Shown here one piece after another: positions 28,630 through 43,329 of a stretch of DNA of 64,000 bases (position 1 is the first letter of the stretch; each line of letters opens with the position of its first letter). The notes below the pieces were generated by a model that saw nothing but the letters and a program-made list of their open reading frames with translations, did no database searches and had not been told where the DNA came from. This DNA comes from Eledone cirrhosa (Eukaryota), in NCBI GenBank assembly GCA_964016885.1, contig OZ024758.1:21266001-21330000 (forward strand), read 5' to 3'. A program made the position numbers and the translations under genes.

Positions 28630-28885
28630 TATAACTCAGCTCCTGATTGTTACTGGAATTCTATAAGAATCCAGCCTCTTTAATTCTCGACAAAGGCAAC
28701 TAAGTGGGTGGTCTTGATAAACGCTTACAAGCGAGAAACATATTGTCTGTCGGCCGCTCTCTGCTGTTTTGCCGAGAATTGAGTAAGTAACATAGTCACT
28801 ACTTTTAAACTCTTAGCGAATTGTCTTCCAGATGTTTTTAATTAAACATACAGCATACTGCCAAATATACTATACATACATTCAT
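28630..28885. repeat. Unclassified ~250-bp dispersed repeat, second copy at 48855-49105
   Basis: Shared cagctcctgatt.ttactggaattcta.aagaatccagc, aacatagtcactacttt and tgccaaatatactatacatacattcat. Confidence 0.8.
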
Positions 28886-28902
28886 GTATACATCGCTATT
28901 TC

Positions 28903-29010
28903 AGATGAAAGGCAAAGTTAACCTCGGTGTGATTTGAACTCAGAATGACAAGGGCCGTAGCTCTATGCGTCAAAGTATGGAGTCTGACCCTCTATCGATA
29001 CTGCCAATCC
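28903..29010 (-). mobile_element. 5' half of dominant SINE
   Basis: gatgaaaggcaaagttaacctcgg...gatactgccaatcc. Confidence 0.8.
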
Positions 29011-29679
29011 ATGTTATAATTAATGATTATAATGTAGGACCACGTAATATGGGGGTATGAGTCTATTTGAAATCATAACTAAACGGGTCGTAATTAAACA
29101 CTGCAGGACAATATAAAAGGTGTTATATGGAGTCTGCCTAACCACTAACAATTCATAAATTCAGATATTGAAAACGTTAGAGACTAGCTGTGTCCTCTAA
29201 TAGTTTGCAATTATTTGAACGAATAATTCTCACTAGGATAAAACACGTCTATAAATTATAATACAAACGTAATGTTTAGCCATTATTTGAAATGTTCTTA
29301 AGAAACAAAATAAAATTAAACTAATAGCCGATTATTATTCTCATAATAGCAATTTTGAAATAGAGATCAATAAGATATATGCCCAAAATTCCAACGCAAA
29401 ATTTGAAATAGAAAATAATGGTATGTTAATATTTATAAAAAAAGAAATATATATATATAGTAATGAATATAAAATAGTTCGAATGACATGTGTAAAGTAT
29501 ATTAGTAGGAATTCAATAGTCTTTTATTTATTGTGTGCTCTCTGTGCTCAAACAAGCACAGTTGTATGTGTCTTGGGTACTTGCTGTTGCTTTGTATATT
29601 TCTCTTGTTTTACATCTGTTGCGTTGAATATATGCTGTGTTTAGTAGTTATATATATGTGTAGAGTATAATAGTACTAT

Positions 29680-30030
29680 ATGTGTGTAGTGTTTAGTAGC
29701 TCTATATGTGTAGTGTTTAGTTGCTCTATATATGTAGTATTTAGTAGCTCTATTTGTGTAGTGTTTAGTAGCTCTATATGTGTAGTGTTTAGTTGCTCTA
29801 TATATGTAGTGTTTAGTAGCTCTATTTGTGTAGTGTTTAGTAGCTCTATATATGTAGTGTTCAGTAGTTCTATTTGTGTAGTGTATAGTAGTTCTATATA
29901 TGCAGTGTTTAGTAGTCATATATGTCTGTGTGTAGTGTTTAGTAGATCTGTGTATGTGTAGTGTTTAGTAGTTCTATGTTGAGGTACTATAGAGTATTTT
30001 TATATGAGTAGTGTTTAATAGTTCTATATG
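29680..30030. repeat. 24-bp minisatellite
   Basis: gtagtgtttagtagctctatatgt repeated more than 10 times. Confidence 0.92.
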
Positions 30031-30123
30031 TTTTCTTTATGTACAAGGCCAAACATTTGTAGGAGGGGACTGTCGATTAAATCGACCCCAGTGCGTTACT
30101 GGTACTTTATTTCATCGACACTG

Positions 30124-31812
30124 TATTATTATTTTTGTTGTTCTTTGAGTCTCAGTCATTGATGTTATTCAACTGAAAGGTTTGTTGAAATGAATATCGA
30201 GCCATTACTTGAAGCCTCAGACATTCAGGACGTATCGGAGGGATTTTGCTGTTCCCAGCAAGCATGCCTTTTGAAGTGTTCCAAAAAGCGGGGCTGGACT
30301 AATCTTTTTTTAACGTCCTTGGAAACTCTTTGAGATCGTACCTAGTGCGCCTATGACAATCGGGACGACTCTGACTTCATGGCAGTTCCAAATCCTTTTT
30401 AAACTCACACTTTAAATACTGTTTTCGATTAATTTTCTCGCTCTCCTTTTCTTGCATTCTTGTGTCAAATGGGCAAGCTACATCTACAATCAGGCCTATC
30501 TATTTTCCTTGTTCACAACCACCAGGTCAGGCCTATTGTGTTCTAATTTATTGATCGTCTGTATCCTAAAATCCCACAGCACCTTCACCTGATCGTTTTC
30601 TATCACCGGCTCTGGCCGATGCTCATACCACTTCTCAGAATGTGGTAAATTGTTTACTTTACATAAATGCCCATCACATCATGACCCCAGCCTTTATAGT
30701 GAGTCTGGGCTAGGTGTTTACACTCGGATACAATATGAGCCACAGTCTCCTCTCTCTCACTACAGATCCTACACAGTGGGCTAGCATCCTCCTTGTAAAT
30801 ATGGTGTTTCACCCACTTCGTTCTGAGGGCCTGTTCTTGCGCAGCCATTAGCATTCCTTCTGTAGCTTTTTTAAGGTCTCCTCTTTTTAACCAGTTCCAT
30901 GTATCTGGATCTCTTAATTCCGTTTTCTTAAAGAAGGTGTTATGAAGTGATTTTTCATGAAGGTAGCACTTCCTCCTTGGACATCCCTTGGCCTTCTACT
31001 TCAGTACAATTTTGAGCATTGGCTCCCTACTGTCAACCGCATATTTGTGCAGGTTGTTTTTCTCCATCTGAACACAGTCCTCTATGCTGATAAGACCTCT
31101 TCCACCTTCAGATCTATTTAAGTAGAGTCTATCAACATCACTCCTCTTGTGGAACATCTTGTAAATAGCCATTAGCTTCCTAGTCTTCCTATCCATTTCT
31201 TTTTGTTCAGCAACATTCCATTTCAGAATTCCCGCACTCTACCTAATAATAGACAGTTCGGGAATTGACTGCACTTATGACATTCCTACCATTTAGATTT
31301 GATTTTAATCTGTTCCTTACTTTCCTTATGTATTCAGATCTTATCAATTCCTTCATTGATGTCATCAGCCTCTCGAACACCTGAATATGTGTATCCCTCT
31401 TCAGTGTCAATTTCCTTTATCAACTCACCTGTCGGTACCTGGATTCCGTTGCTTCCGCTCAATTTACCCCTCTTCATCACTAGGACGCCGGACTTATTAA
31501 CACCAAATTCCATACATATATCATTGCTGAAAATATGGAGAGTGTCAACAAGTACATCCAATTCCTTCTCACTCTTCCCAAAGAGTTTAAGATCATCCAT
31601 GAAGAGGAGGTGGTTGATGGTAAGCTCTCCTCTTCCCAACTTGTGTCCTGCTCTCACTTTTCGCAATATGACGGACAGGGATATCGGGGCAAGGACAAAC
31701 AACAGAGGGGACAAGCTATCTCTCTAGAAGATACCTCTCTTGATCTTCACGCCTCCCAAGGATTCCCCATCTGATATGAACTCTGTGGCCCAGGACTTCA
31801 TACTTTTGGTCA
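30124..31812 (-). mobile_element. Decayed, 5'-truncated R4/Dong-type LINE (RT, CCHC finger, restriction-like endonuclease)
   Basis: SPLLFVL, INHLLFMDDLKLF, GGRGLISIED, AAQEQALRT, CRIC...ETVAHIVSEC, RPDLVV, LQKACLLGTAKSLRYVL-stop (30217); frameshifted; (TAA)n at both junctions. Confidence 0.9.
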
Positions 31813-31834
31813 TATTATTATTATTGTTATTGCT

Positions 31835-32016
31835 GAATTGGCAGTATCGGTAGAGGGTCGGACGCCATATTCTAACGCAAAGAGTTACGGCCCTTTCCAT
31901 TCTGAGTTCAAATCCCGCCGAGGTTAACTTTACCTTTCATCCTTACGGGTTCGATAAAATAAAGTACCAGTAATACACTAGTAATTGCTGGCCGTGTGCC
32001 AAAAGTAGAAACAATT
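31835..32016 (+). mobile_element. Dominant SINE
   Basis: ttggcagtatcggtagagggtcggacgcc...agtagaaacaatt. Confidence 0.9.
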
Positions 32017-32610
32017 AAATGCCCATATCGATGAAGAAATAAAAGTAGTACAAAACATTAGGAGCTTTGGTAGAAAATGGAGATCGAGGAAGTGAAAAAG
32101 AATGAAACAAGTGAAACAAAATCATTCATAATTGTAAAAGCCAAACTTTCTGTATATTGGTATATACCAATCGTGTGCTCTTAACTTCCAATACAACATA
32201 AAAAATAGAAATAATTGCAGGTGTCTGTCAGTTTATGCATTAATAGGAAGAGACGAATATATAAGTGAATCTAAACGTATTGATATTTTACAGGATGTAG
32301 TAAATTGTGAATATATGCAATGTTGGCTACAGTTCTTTGTTGTTGTGTTTGTGGGTCGTCTAGTTACTTCTCCTCCAATTGGAAGATTTGTTCATAGAAT
32401 ATTAATACTAAAAAAGAATGCGATTTTTGATATGCCTTTGGCTATTTCTTATTTATAGCTTTTTCACAGTATGAAAGATCCTATAACAATAGCAATTAAT
32501 GTTGTATATATGCCTCGCAAACTTATCACTTCTTACCCTAAATTCTATTCGCTCGATATATTATTTTATTATTTATTACTATTATTATCATTATTAACCG
32601 GTGGATTATT

Positions 32611-33024
32611 GGCGGTGGATTGGCAGTATCGGTAGAAGGTCGGACGCCATGCTTTGACGCATAGAGTTTATGATCTGAGTTCAAATCCCGCCGAGGTTAA
32701 CTTTGCATTTCATCCTTACGGGGTCGATAAAATAAAGTACCAGTCACGCACTGGGGTCGATTTCATCGACTTTTCCCTCCTCCCAAAAAAGATTGCTGGC
32801 CTTGTGGCTACATAAGAAACCATTACTATTATTAACCGGTGGATTATTGGCGGTGGATTGGCAGTATCGGTAGAGGGTCGGATGCTATGCTTTGACGCAT
32901 AGTTTCGGCCCTTGCCATTCTGAGTTCAAATCCTGCCGAGGTTAACTTTGCCTTACGGGGTCGATAATATAAAGTACCAGTAATGCACTGGATATTTGCT
33001 GCCTTTGGCCAAAAGTAGAAACAT
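32611..33024 (+). mobile_element. Tandem pair of dominant SINEs (long variant then short variant)
   Basis: Monomers 32611-32827 and 32849-33024; duplications 32590-32610/32828-32848 and 32582-32599/33025-33042. Confidence 0.9.
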
Positions 33025-36000
33025 TTATTATCATTATTAACCTCATCATCATCATTGTTATCATCATCATCACCATCACTATAATACTAACAATATTATT
33101 ATTATTTGTATTACTCTCTATCTTAGATGAGATCATAAATCTATTCAAATACTTTGATAAGCGTTCACAATCTTAGCTAGCATGCGCGTTTGCTTTTCTT
33201 GAGAGAGAGAGAGAACCCCAACATATATTTGAGTACATTTTAATATATGAATATTACTCATAAACATGAATGATAATTATGGAAAATCTAAAGTACTTGC
33301 CAAATGTATTCCAATCTTCCTCGCTTAAGTCTAATTAAAAATTTGCCTGTAAAACTTATGCGAAATTATTCCTTAGCTCCATGACAATAGAGATAACGAA
33401 ATTATAAAATATACAATTAAATCTAGTCCGACATGTACACTTAAAGAAGGGAAATAACATTTTAAAAGAAGACCAATTCCCTATGAGCAATAAACTGTTC
33501 TTAGAATAATAAATAAAAAAATAAAACATTTCACAACACTATTAATATTCTAAAAGGAAACGAAGAAATTATAAGTGGTTAGGAAACACTACAATCATTC
33601 ACTGAACAGTATTATGAAATCGTACGCAAAAAAGCAGCACTATATACCTCCATATGTTACTCATACATCTGCAAAGCATAAAGTCCACTCATAAATACTT
33701 TGCTAAAATGTCAATTTTCCTCACATTAAGGGCGACAAAATCAATTAAGTGATCTCACCCAAATGTAATTCTGCCAGAAGTATCATAGTTATTGTTTGTA
33801 GTTTGATATTAGTTCGAGTTGCCATTTTTATAGTCATTTTACTCATTCGATTCTGAGCAACTACACATCACGTTGTTATGTTATATAAACAAATATAAAT
33901 GCATGACAATCTTTCTACAAAATAGGACCATACAAATAACCAAAACGTAAAACATATCATAGAAAGCAATGAGTAGATTATTATGCATGTTAGGAAGTAT
34001 ATTGGCTGAACAAAGACAAAATATTTTGAATTATATGATAATTTTGATAGAGGGGTGGAATGGATTCAAAAACTAGCTTCTAGTTTTTATTCGAAGGAAA
34101 AAAACAATGTTTTAATGGCATTTTATCGAACTAGAGAGCAATGGAGTGACTCAAATTTAGAACAATACAGGCAGACGCACAGCTGACGCCATAATAAACA
34201 CACGGAGATCAAGAGTTGAAATGAATGTTATATCAGAAAACGAAATTCTGCTTATAGAATGAAAGCTTATAACTTTTCAAAATTGTAATATGAGTGAATA
34301 AAAATAGTTTTCCTAACAGAAAAAAGTAGCTATATTCTGATATAAAATGATGTCTTCTTATCATCACCATTTTTTTATATCAGTATTTTAGTAATTGATT
34401 TCATTGTACAGCCATATGGGGCTTTATGTACGTTGACTTATTTTGGTTTTACTGGTTTGCATGTAATCTATGTAATATGAGTCTAGCACTGTTATACTTT
34501 ATATTCCTGGTAAATATCTTTATTCCACTTCCGATTTTTGATCGTGTAGTCTAAATTCAACATTATGTTTCTCTGTTTCCGTCTTGATGTATGTTAATGT
34601 TTCACTCATATGTTCTTTAGAATATCACATCTAAGCTGGCTTTTCTACAGAAAGAGAGAATGAGCATTTATGTTGTTATATTTGGAGAGGGACATGCTGT
34701 TCTAATATTGCCAGGAAAATATAGTAAAATACACCCACTGTTTGGTTTGGTTTTTGCTTCAGTATATGTTTATATTTTTATAAATAATTTAGCTGACATT
34801 CAATGTTTATCATTGAGTGACCAACAGTTAAAAAATATAAATATATTTTCTCATAATTCATTAGTCATACATATCTGTGACAAACACATCGGTGCTCGTA
34901 TAATGTAAATTCTCCTATGGCAATAAACCTTACTTATTTAGCGTATAAGATTTGTATTGTATAATTATTGTTGGGGTGTGTACAGTTAGATGTAAACCTT
35001 GGTATGTTACCATTTTGTTCGATACTCTCAACTTTTCTATTTTGCTTATTTTTATTAGGGTATTCCTGTATCTTGATTGATTATCTACTGTCTGTAATAT
35101 TTTATTAGGGGAGGGTAATCATGTTGAATACAGACTTTGCTGTTCCTCTCATTCTGAAGATAAAGTCCTAGATTATCCTAAGTTGATAGTTGACTTCTCC
35201 TTCATATCTGTAAATATATTCTGTGCTTTAAGGGGTTTGTAGTCACAAATAGTATATTCAATTATGTATTGCGCAAGGCTCTTCTTTCTTAAGTGTATTT
35301 TGTAAGGGCGTGTGATCAGGATTGGTCATGTGCAGCTAAAATGAAGAAAACTTCCGTTCATATTGTTGTCCATGGTCTTTCGTTATTATTGACAGGAAGT
35401 TGGTAATTTTATAAGTAGTTTTACTGATTATCCTAGAATAAGACTTCTGACATTAGATATACTTTCAGTTGCTAACTAACTATATTGGTTATAAAAACCG
35501 AAAAACATTGTTTAAGTTGTTGAACACTCTATTTCAAGCGTATATAAACGAATAGGGAGAGAAATCCATGCAGAAAGGTTTGTTACAAAACGTTTAATGT
35601 CACGAAGCAGAATAACATTTAAAATAGGAGACAGGGGGGAATATGAAGGAGGAAAGAGGACACAATAAAAGTAAAAGCATAAATATGAATATAATATACA
35701 TTGAAATATATTTTATATATTTAGTAGGAGTTCGGGGAGGGGTTGATAGGCGTGAAGTATATTCAGTAGGTAAACAGTGAGTAAAATGAAAGAGATCGGT
35801 TCATTAGGGAGTCAATCAGCGAATATATACACAACTGCAGCTATTCACACGAAAGTGTTCAACGTACACAAAATAAGAAACGTAATGAGGCAAAAGATTG
35901 AAGATTGTGAAGCAGCACCTAACATAGAGATGAGCAACAATTGAATTCATGCATATATATATTTTTATATATATACATATATGTGTGTGTGTGTATGTGT

Positions 36001-36122
36001 GTATGTATGTGTATATGTGTGTTTGTGTGTGTATGTGTGTGTGTCAGCATTTATATGCATACATCTATACATCCATTCATGTAAACACACACGTTTACGA
36101 CACACATACACGCATATACATA

Positions 36123-36153
<31 letters not shown>

Positions 36154-36339
36154 ATACATATATACATATGATATATATATATATATATATATACATATAT
36201 ATTTACATATATATATATATGTATATATTTACATATACACACACACACACATACCCACACACACACACATATATATATATATACATATATATTTACATAT
36301 ATATATATATTTATATATTTACATATACACACACATACC

Positions 36340-36416
<77 letters not shown>

Positions 36417-36749
36417 CTTTTGTGACATTAAAATACCTAAGTATGTTATGTGTACATATACATGGACTTATACGTACATAAAATAAGTAAAGTGATTCTC
36501 CCAATTCTACCGACTTGGAGAATTATTCAGCCAAGACGGTGCTTTCTCATCCAAATCTGTGGAAATGTAAAACTTGTTTATTGTTGGCAAACGTGACTAT
36601 CCTGCTTTTATCCTTGTCAGAAACTCTGATACGACCAACACAATTTGTAAAGCTCAAGAATGCAAACCATTTGTTTTCCATACATAGATTTCAAGTTCAC
36701 AGCCGCTTCGTACACAAACTAGATCCTACAAACATGTTCATATGCCATT

Positions 36750-36920
36750 TGGTAGAGGGTCGGACGCCATGCTTTGACGTATAGAGTTACGGCCTTTGCC
36801 ATTCTGAGTTCAAATGCTGCGGAGGTTAACTTTGCCTTTCATCCTTACGGGGTCGATAAAATAAAGTACCAGTAATGTACTGGATAATTGTTGGCCTTGT
36901 GCCAAAAGTAGAAACAATTA
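36750..36920 (+). mobile_element. Dominant SINE
   Basis: ggtagagggtcggacgccatgc...agtagaaacaatta. Confidence 0.9.
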
Positions 36921-37009
36921 TATATATTCTAGTATAGTTAGATGCATGCTTTCACGACTGTAACTTTGAAGGTGCCTATAGACTAAAACGAAAACGCGAC
37001 TAAGAGTAC

Positions 37010-37170
37010 GAGACATCCGCCTGGACAACACGTTATTGTTTTTATGCATTTTCAGCTGAATATACTGGATCAAAGTGAACACACCACGTAGCCCAGCCTA
37101 GGAATCGAACCGAAGACATTATGATTGTATGTCCAACAATACCCTTTCCAATAGGCCTCGTAACTCCACT
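37010..37170 (-). mobile_element. Second SINE family, degenerate copy
   Basis: cagctgaatatactgga...agcccagcctaggaatcgaacc, matching 50110-50375. Confidence 0.6.
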
Positions 37171-38107
37171 ATATATAAATATATCAGTAACATACTGTTA
37201 ATAAATCGACTTCTACTAATTTGGCCTCATATTTCTATCAAAATCCTCTTCCATTAATACGAAAGTAAAATATATTTTCTTTGCACTGCCTCATAGAGTT
37301 TCTAGTCTCTCTTATTTAGTCTTCTTCATCACAACTTTACGATTTCCATCTCATCAACACTATCTCGCTCTCTCATTTTGCCATTCCTTCCATCCGCGTA
37401 ATATAAGTAGAAACATAATAATATTTCTTTTTGTGGAAAACGAATAAGAAAACAATTGTTTTAAATGCAATATCCAGAGAAACAGCATCAATAGAATATA
37501 TGGGATTGATTCTTCTGAGGTCAGTAAGTGTTTACTCCCGTCCTATTGCTCACCATATGTTATTACAATAGTAACAACACAGCGGGTTAATCAACTAACA
37601 TATATCTATACGCTACATTTGATGTTACAATCTGTCAGATCGTCTTATAGTATTGATCCAAGGCAATTGTAAGGTTCGATTTCGAGTGATAGTACCGTCA
37701 TGCTTTCTTTCATATTTAGACTGTGTAATCATGCTTCGTTTTCGTTTATCATAAAAAATCGCAAATGGTATATTATATATAATGAAGCTAACATGTGAAA
37801 TTACATATGAGGGTTATATGAAACGAACTTCACTTCCAAGTATATCCATAAGCCACGCTTGAGTACTGCGTTCCTCTGTGTTTATAGGTATAAATATCTG
37901 CTACTGGATTGAAGATCCACGATAGTTGAATGCATAATTATATAGCCTATGTTATGCTGCGTCTGCCATGAACAGGTAAGATATATTTTGGTCTATGTAG
38001 ACATAGAGGCAATAACATAACGACTGATATGTGCAGATAAGTGGGGAAAGTAAGTATGTTTGTTCGTATACAAGTCAAAGACCCTTGTATATATATATAT
38101 ATATGTA

Positions 38108-38157
<50 letters not shown>

Positions 38158-38493
38158 AAAAGAGTCAGGACCCCGAAGGCTGTTTAGTCTTGTCACCAAT
38201 TTACCACTGCAAACCTATTATATATATATATATATATATAAATGAGAGGTATAGAGATTGTTTTAGCAAGAAGCTAACGGCATTCTATAACATATATGCG
38301 ACTATAACGTCAAGATGGGAAAAGTAGTTAACGAAAGACTTAGGAAAAATAACTCAAACTCATCTCAAAAGAGAATCAGGATACAAATTCATCCACAGAA
38401 TTTAGTAAAATCCAGGGAAAAATCTATAGACCTTTAACTCATGATAAAACAAAGTCTGAAACACTTATCCTTCAATTTGGAATAACATCAAAT

Positions 38494-38575
38494 GCTCTGT
38501 ATAGTCTTAAAAGACTATTTCATGAAAACTTTCAGTGGAGATGGTCACGGTTGGAACATCATTCATCAGCAGAGC
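38494..38575 (-). ncRNA. Intact type I hammerhead ribozyme (family F)
   Basis: gctctg-CTGATGA-atga[33 nt]tcat-GAAA-tagtctt-tt-aagacta-TA-cagagc; all three stems are perfect Watson-Crick. Confidence 0.85.
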
Positions 38576-38750
38576 TCAACAGAAAACCAGGGCTCTCACA
38601 GTAATATAGTCCGAAAAAGGGAATTCTAAGGTTTGCAGTGGTAAATTGGTGACCAGACAAGAAGGCACGTGTGCACATACACAAACTGGAACACTCATAC
38701 AGAGACAAATACAGACACAGGCAGACATACACGCGCACACACACACACAC

Positions 38751-38790
<40 letters not shown>

Positions 38791-38803
38791 ACACACACAC
38801 ATG

Positions 38804-38845
<42 letters not shown>

Positions 38846-38924
38846 GGATAACAAGGTATCGTTAGACTCACCTGATTAAAGAAACAATTGTTAATACAGT
38901 AAATAAAACTGTTGAACAGCCGAC

Positions 38925-39105
38925 CGGCAGTATCGGTAGACGGTTGGACGTTATGCTTTGCAGCATAGTTACGTCCCTTTACGGTCTGAGTTCAAATCTC
39001 GCCGAGGTTAACTCTGCCTTTCATCCTTACGGGGTCGATAAAATAAAGTACCAGTAATGCACTGGGTAATTGCTGGCATTGTGCCAAAAGTAGAAACAAT
39101 TATTT
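38925..39105 (+). mobile_element. Dominant SINE
   Basis: ggcagtatcggtaga...ctgagttcaaatc...tagaaacaattatt. Confidence 0.9.
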
Positions 39106-42100
39106 TACTATATATATATATAATGTGTGTGTAGAGAGAGAGAGGGGGAAGAGTAAGAGAGAGGCCTGCATTGGCACACCAGTGGCTATTGATGGAATCA
39201 CGTAATCAGACTGAATGTTAATTTGTAAATTTTAAAATTCGGTCTGATCTTGTTTCGATGCAATGAAGTACTATGGAAAAATTCTAGTCTTTTTTTTTGT
39301 TTGTCCCACCTCAGCATAGTAATAACTATGATTGATCATTTGTCAATGAAATTAACCTATCTAAAGTGATTTACGAATATCATTTACTCAATATAATTTG
39401 TATAACTTAAACTTAAAATTTGCTGAAGTGAGATGTGTGAAAGACATAGATTTGTATAAATATGTATGTGCTGATATACAGAATGCAGTGCGTAAAATAT
39501 TGTTAATTATCTGACGTTTACCATTTAGTTGAAAATAGGAATCAAAGGCTAAGTGACAATTATCAGCAACTACCAAAGTAAAGCATTTAATTTATTCAAA
39601 TATATTTTCATAAATATACCTAGTTAATTTCCCGGGCCAGAACTATACACCAGTTCGTTAGTTTAAACGACATCTAATCTATCTCTCCCTTTTCTATCCA
39701 GGTTGATAGTTATTGTACCTTTTTAAATTCCTTTTCACGGGTGTCGAATGTATAACTTTCTAATGAGCATACCTTTCAAATAACCTGCTTCACAAAAATA
39801 ATTACAATTTATTGTGGGTAGAAGATGTAGTTTTGTGTATACCAAGTCTATATACTCGCGGTCCGATATATTCAAGTTAGAATCAATGTATATTAATCAC
39901 AAAATTACAAGTTTTATATTAAGTTAAGCTGGAAGTGTTTGGTCCTGTCACATATTTACTACCACATAATTATAAACACCACAATAGTTTATTACTGAGA
40001 TCAGTCGATGCGACCCATTCTAATGGTACTTGTTTTCTCTTACTTTTATTCGTCATATAAATGTAATAGTAGGGTTTATGCTGGGAGAAACAACTGCTCA
40101 TGCGTGAATAAACTGCATAAAGTCACTATATGTCACTATATTATTATGAACAGTTTTAAATAAAAGCTAAATATACTTAAACGCATTAATCAGAGACGGG
40201 ATCAGTATCTGATAACCACCCAATATTTGAAAAATCTGCAGCATTTGAATACCTATTTCCCTGGCCTTATTTAAGATTTGTAAATCTTTTGCCTCTTACA
40301 ATATCTCTTTTGGTAAAGTATTTAGTTTGATGTATGGTGTATTCTATATTACCTCCATCTATAGATTTTCCAGCATCTTTAGGATAAAATTACAAACAGC
40401 AACAAACATTAATTTCATAGAAAAGAAAAGCAATATTTCAACACATTACTCTTTATATACTGACTGCAACCTGTTCCTTAATAATATTATCCTCTGCCCA
40501 ACTTGTGTTTGAATATGAGAAACATATATCACTTATTTTCAACGATGTATTGCTTCTTGCTGTATATATGTGTACCTTTTTGTATATACATGCTTACGTT
40601 TAACTATGTTGAAAGGAATAGCAAAGGCAAATCTTCTGCAGCGAAATAGCAGGTTTAATGAACTAAGATACCACAGTCAATGGAGCGTGCTGACGTCAGC
40701 TACATGTTATTTATAACGATATAGTCATATCATAATATAAGCGTTAATTTGTTTCTATTGAGCCTGAAACCCAAATTGTTAATACTTTTAATTACGCATG
40801 TATTGTAAAATTGTTTAGACGACTTGCACAGATTGACAGAATGCAACACATTTAATAGAATGTTGAAGAATATTCGTACTTAGAGAGATGACAGTGGGCC
40901 CATTGTTTTCGTCACAAATGGTCTGACTCTCGAGAGAGAGTCATAAGAACACCATGTTGATTTACTGGGAATTTCTTAAATCTCACTGGGTCTGGATACA
41001 GCAGATTTCTTTCAGAGAGGGATAGGTGAATGCGAGAAGGAATTGAAAAAGAGATTCAGAAAAAGAAGCGACTCCAGGACGACAATGGTACTTTTTTATC
41101 GACTTCGAATGAACATAACAAATCCACTATTTTACCACTAAATTCTCAGTTATTTATTTTAGGAACTCGGAGGATGAAGAACAAATGTGACTGAATTTAG
41201 ATCTAAATCCAAAGAGCCGGAAACAATACTGAGTTATTTAATCCAAAGTTCTAACGACTGTCTCAGTCCGCCAAATAGAGGTTGATGAATGCTATAGATA
41301 TTAAATATTTCACAATTAAATTAATCCATTAGTAGATTCGTTTATCATTATAATTATTTATATTATATACAACTGAACTGCTAGTGTGGATACATAGGTG
41401 GATACATAGGTAGATAGTTATGGTTGTATAAGTAGCCGCATAGCGTAATGAAATAATTTAACTAAAAGCTTTTAAAGCAGTTTTACCATTATGCAAGTTA
41501 AGGTTTAACGAATTAATAAAACTACTTTTTCTTATATGCATTTAACACAGATTTAAATTAGCTTTCAGATGATCTTAATAGCAGATGTACTAGATACTTA
41601 AACAACCCTCTATCACTTTTCCTGAGTGCTTGGTATAAATACAAGAATATATGCTGGAAAGATTAGAAATCTATTATGGCTTGTATTAGTACAACTCGAG
41701 AGGAACTGTGTATGAATATTGTACCATATGTTTGCCTCAATTCTCTGCTGCTGTTATTTCAACGACATGTGATTTCAATGCAATCTTATGGACGTAATGC
41801 CTACAGAAATATTATTCTCTTATCTTTAAAGATTCATTATCAACCTTATAATGCTCATGTGTAGCAAAAGCACATATTTCGAAGTAACATATTCCCATAG
41901 CCATTGGATAGAAATTTTCCATCATTTATACGTACTTATAGATGTCATATATTCCCAATAGCAAAACACTTACTGTGTGTTACGTAAAATTGTCGAAAAT
42001 TGTATGCTACAAGTGTTTCTCGTTATAGAAATTCTAGAACTGCCATTCAACATGAATTTTGTTAAGCTTTCGAATAAGTGATTGAACCAAGAATACAGAA

Positions 42101-42365
42101 ACGTGTCTAGTGCATAGTTTTACCTAAACCGATATTTTAAGATTGAACAAAAAATATATATTCGTGCGTATTTGCCAAAAATATTATACATGCATAGCTG
42201 AATTGGAATACTCGTTTTATATGTATATTAATGGATACATTTACTCACAAACAGTTATTAAACACTCAAAATCAGTTCAAGACATTCTTCAGGATTGCAA
42301 ATATCTTAACATGGAGCACTAGCTAAGACTAAAAATTAACATTACGTGTAAACAGTAACGTGTGG

Positions 42366-42418
<53 letters not shown>

Positions 42419-42689
42419 TAAACGGAATAGAAAATGCTGACAATATATATATATATATAAAGACTAGGGATCCTTCAGTCCCAGTTGTTTAACCGCGCAA
42501 TCGTGTATAATTCCCCACGCATGTACATACACTTATACATACCGATGGTGTAGAGCTTTTCTTGTTTTCCGGTTATAGCTACTGTCACTCAGAGAGTGGG
42601 AGAGGCTCAGTGCACAGTCTTTTCGCACTTCAAAATATATCTTCAAGCACAGGCATTGCACGAGAGAATTAATTGATAATTATTAAAAG

Positions 42690-42835
42690 GCTTTCCAGCA
42701 TAGTTACGTCCCTTTACGATCTGAGTTCAAATCCCGCCGAGATTGACATTGCCTTTCATCTTTACGGGGTCGATAAAATAAAGTACCAGTAATGCACTGG
42801 GTATTTGCTGGCATTGTACATAAACAATTATTATT
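42690..42835 (+). mobile_element. 5'-truncated dominant SINE
   Basis: ctgagttcaaatcccgccgag...aagtaccagtaatgcactggg. Confidence 0.85.
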
Positions 42836-42880
42836 AATGTTATATTGTGCAAAGCCCATAGTCGCTAACGACGGAGCAGA

Positions 42881-42954
<74 letters not shown>

Positions 42955-42956
<2 letters not shown>

Positions 42957-43101
42957 CAAAGAGAGTGTGGTAAGATAACAGGAGGACCACACGCATCAGA
43001 GTGCTCAATACTCCGGCAATACTCCGGCCAGTTCGACAGCTAGAACTATTCAGATCTAGCTCTCGAAACCGTCGGAGCTCAGCCGTCGGGGTCCTGACTC
43101 T

Positions 43102-43139
<38 letters not shown>

Positions 43140-43329
43140 AAACGAAGGAAATGTGGTAAGGAACCTGGTGGACCATAACGCACCAAAGTACTCAATACTT
43201 AGGGTAGTAGAGAGGGTAATAGGAACCAGTAGGACCCCGACGGCTGAGCTCAAGCTGTTTCGACGGCTAATTCTGGACTGAATTAGCCGTCGAAACGGCT
43301 TGAGCTCAGCCGTCGGGATCCTACTCGTT

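Noticed and set aside
37889-37975. Exon-like segment with acceptor and CAG|gtaag donor
   Set aside because: Stops in all three frames and no other support
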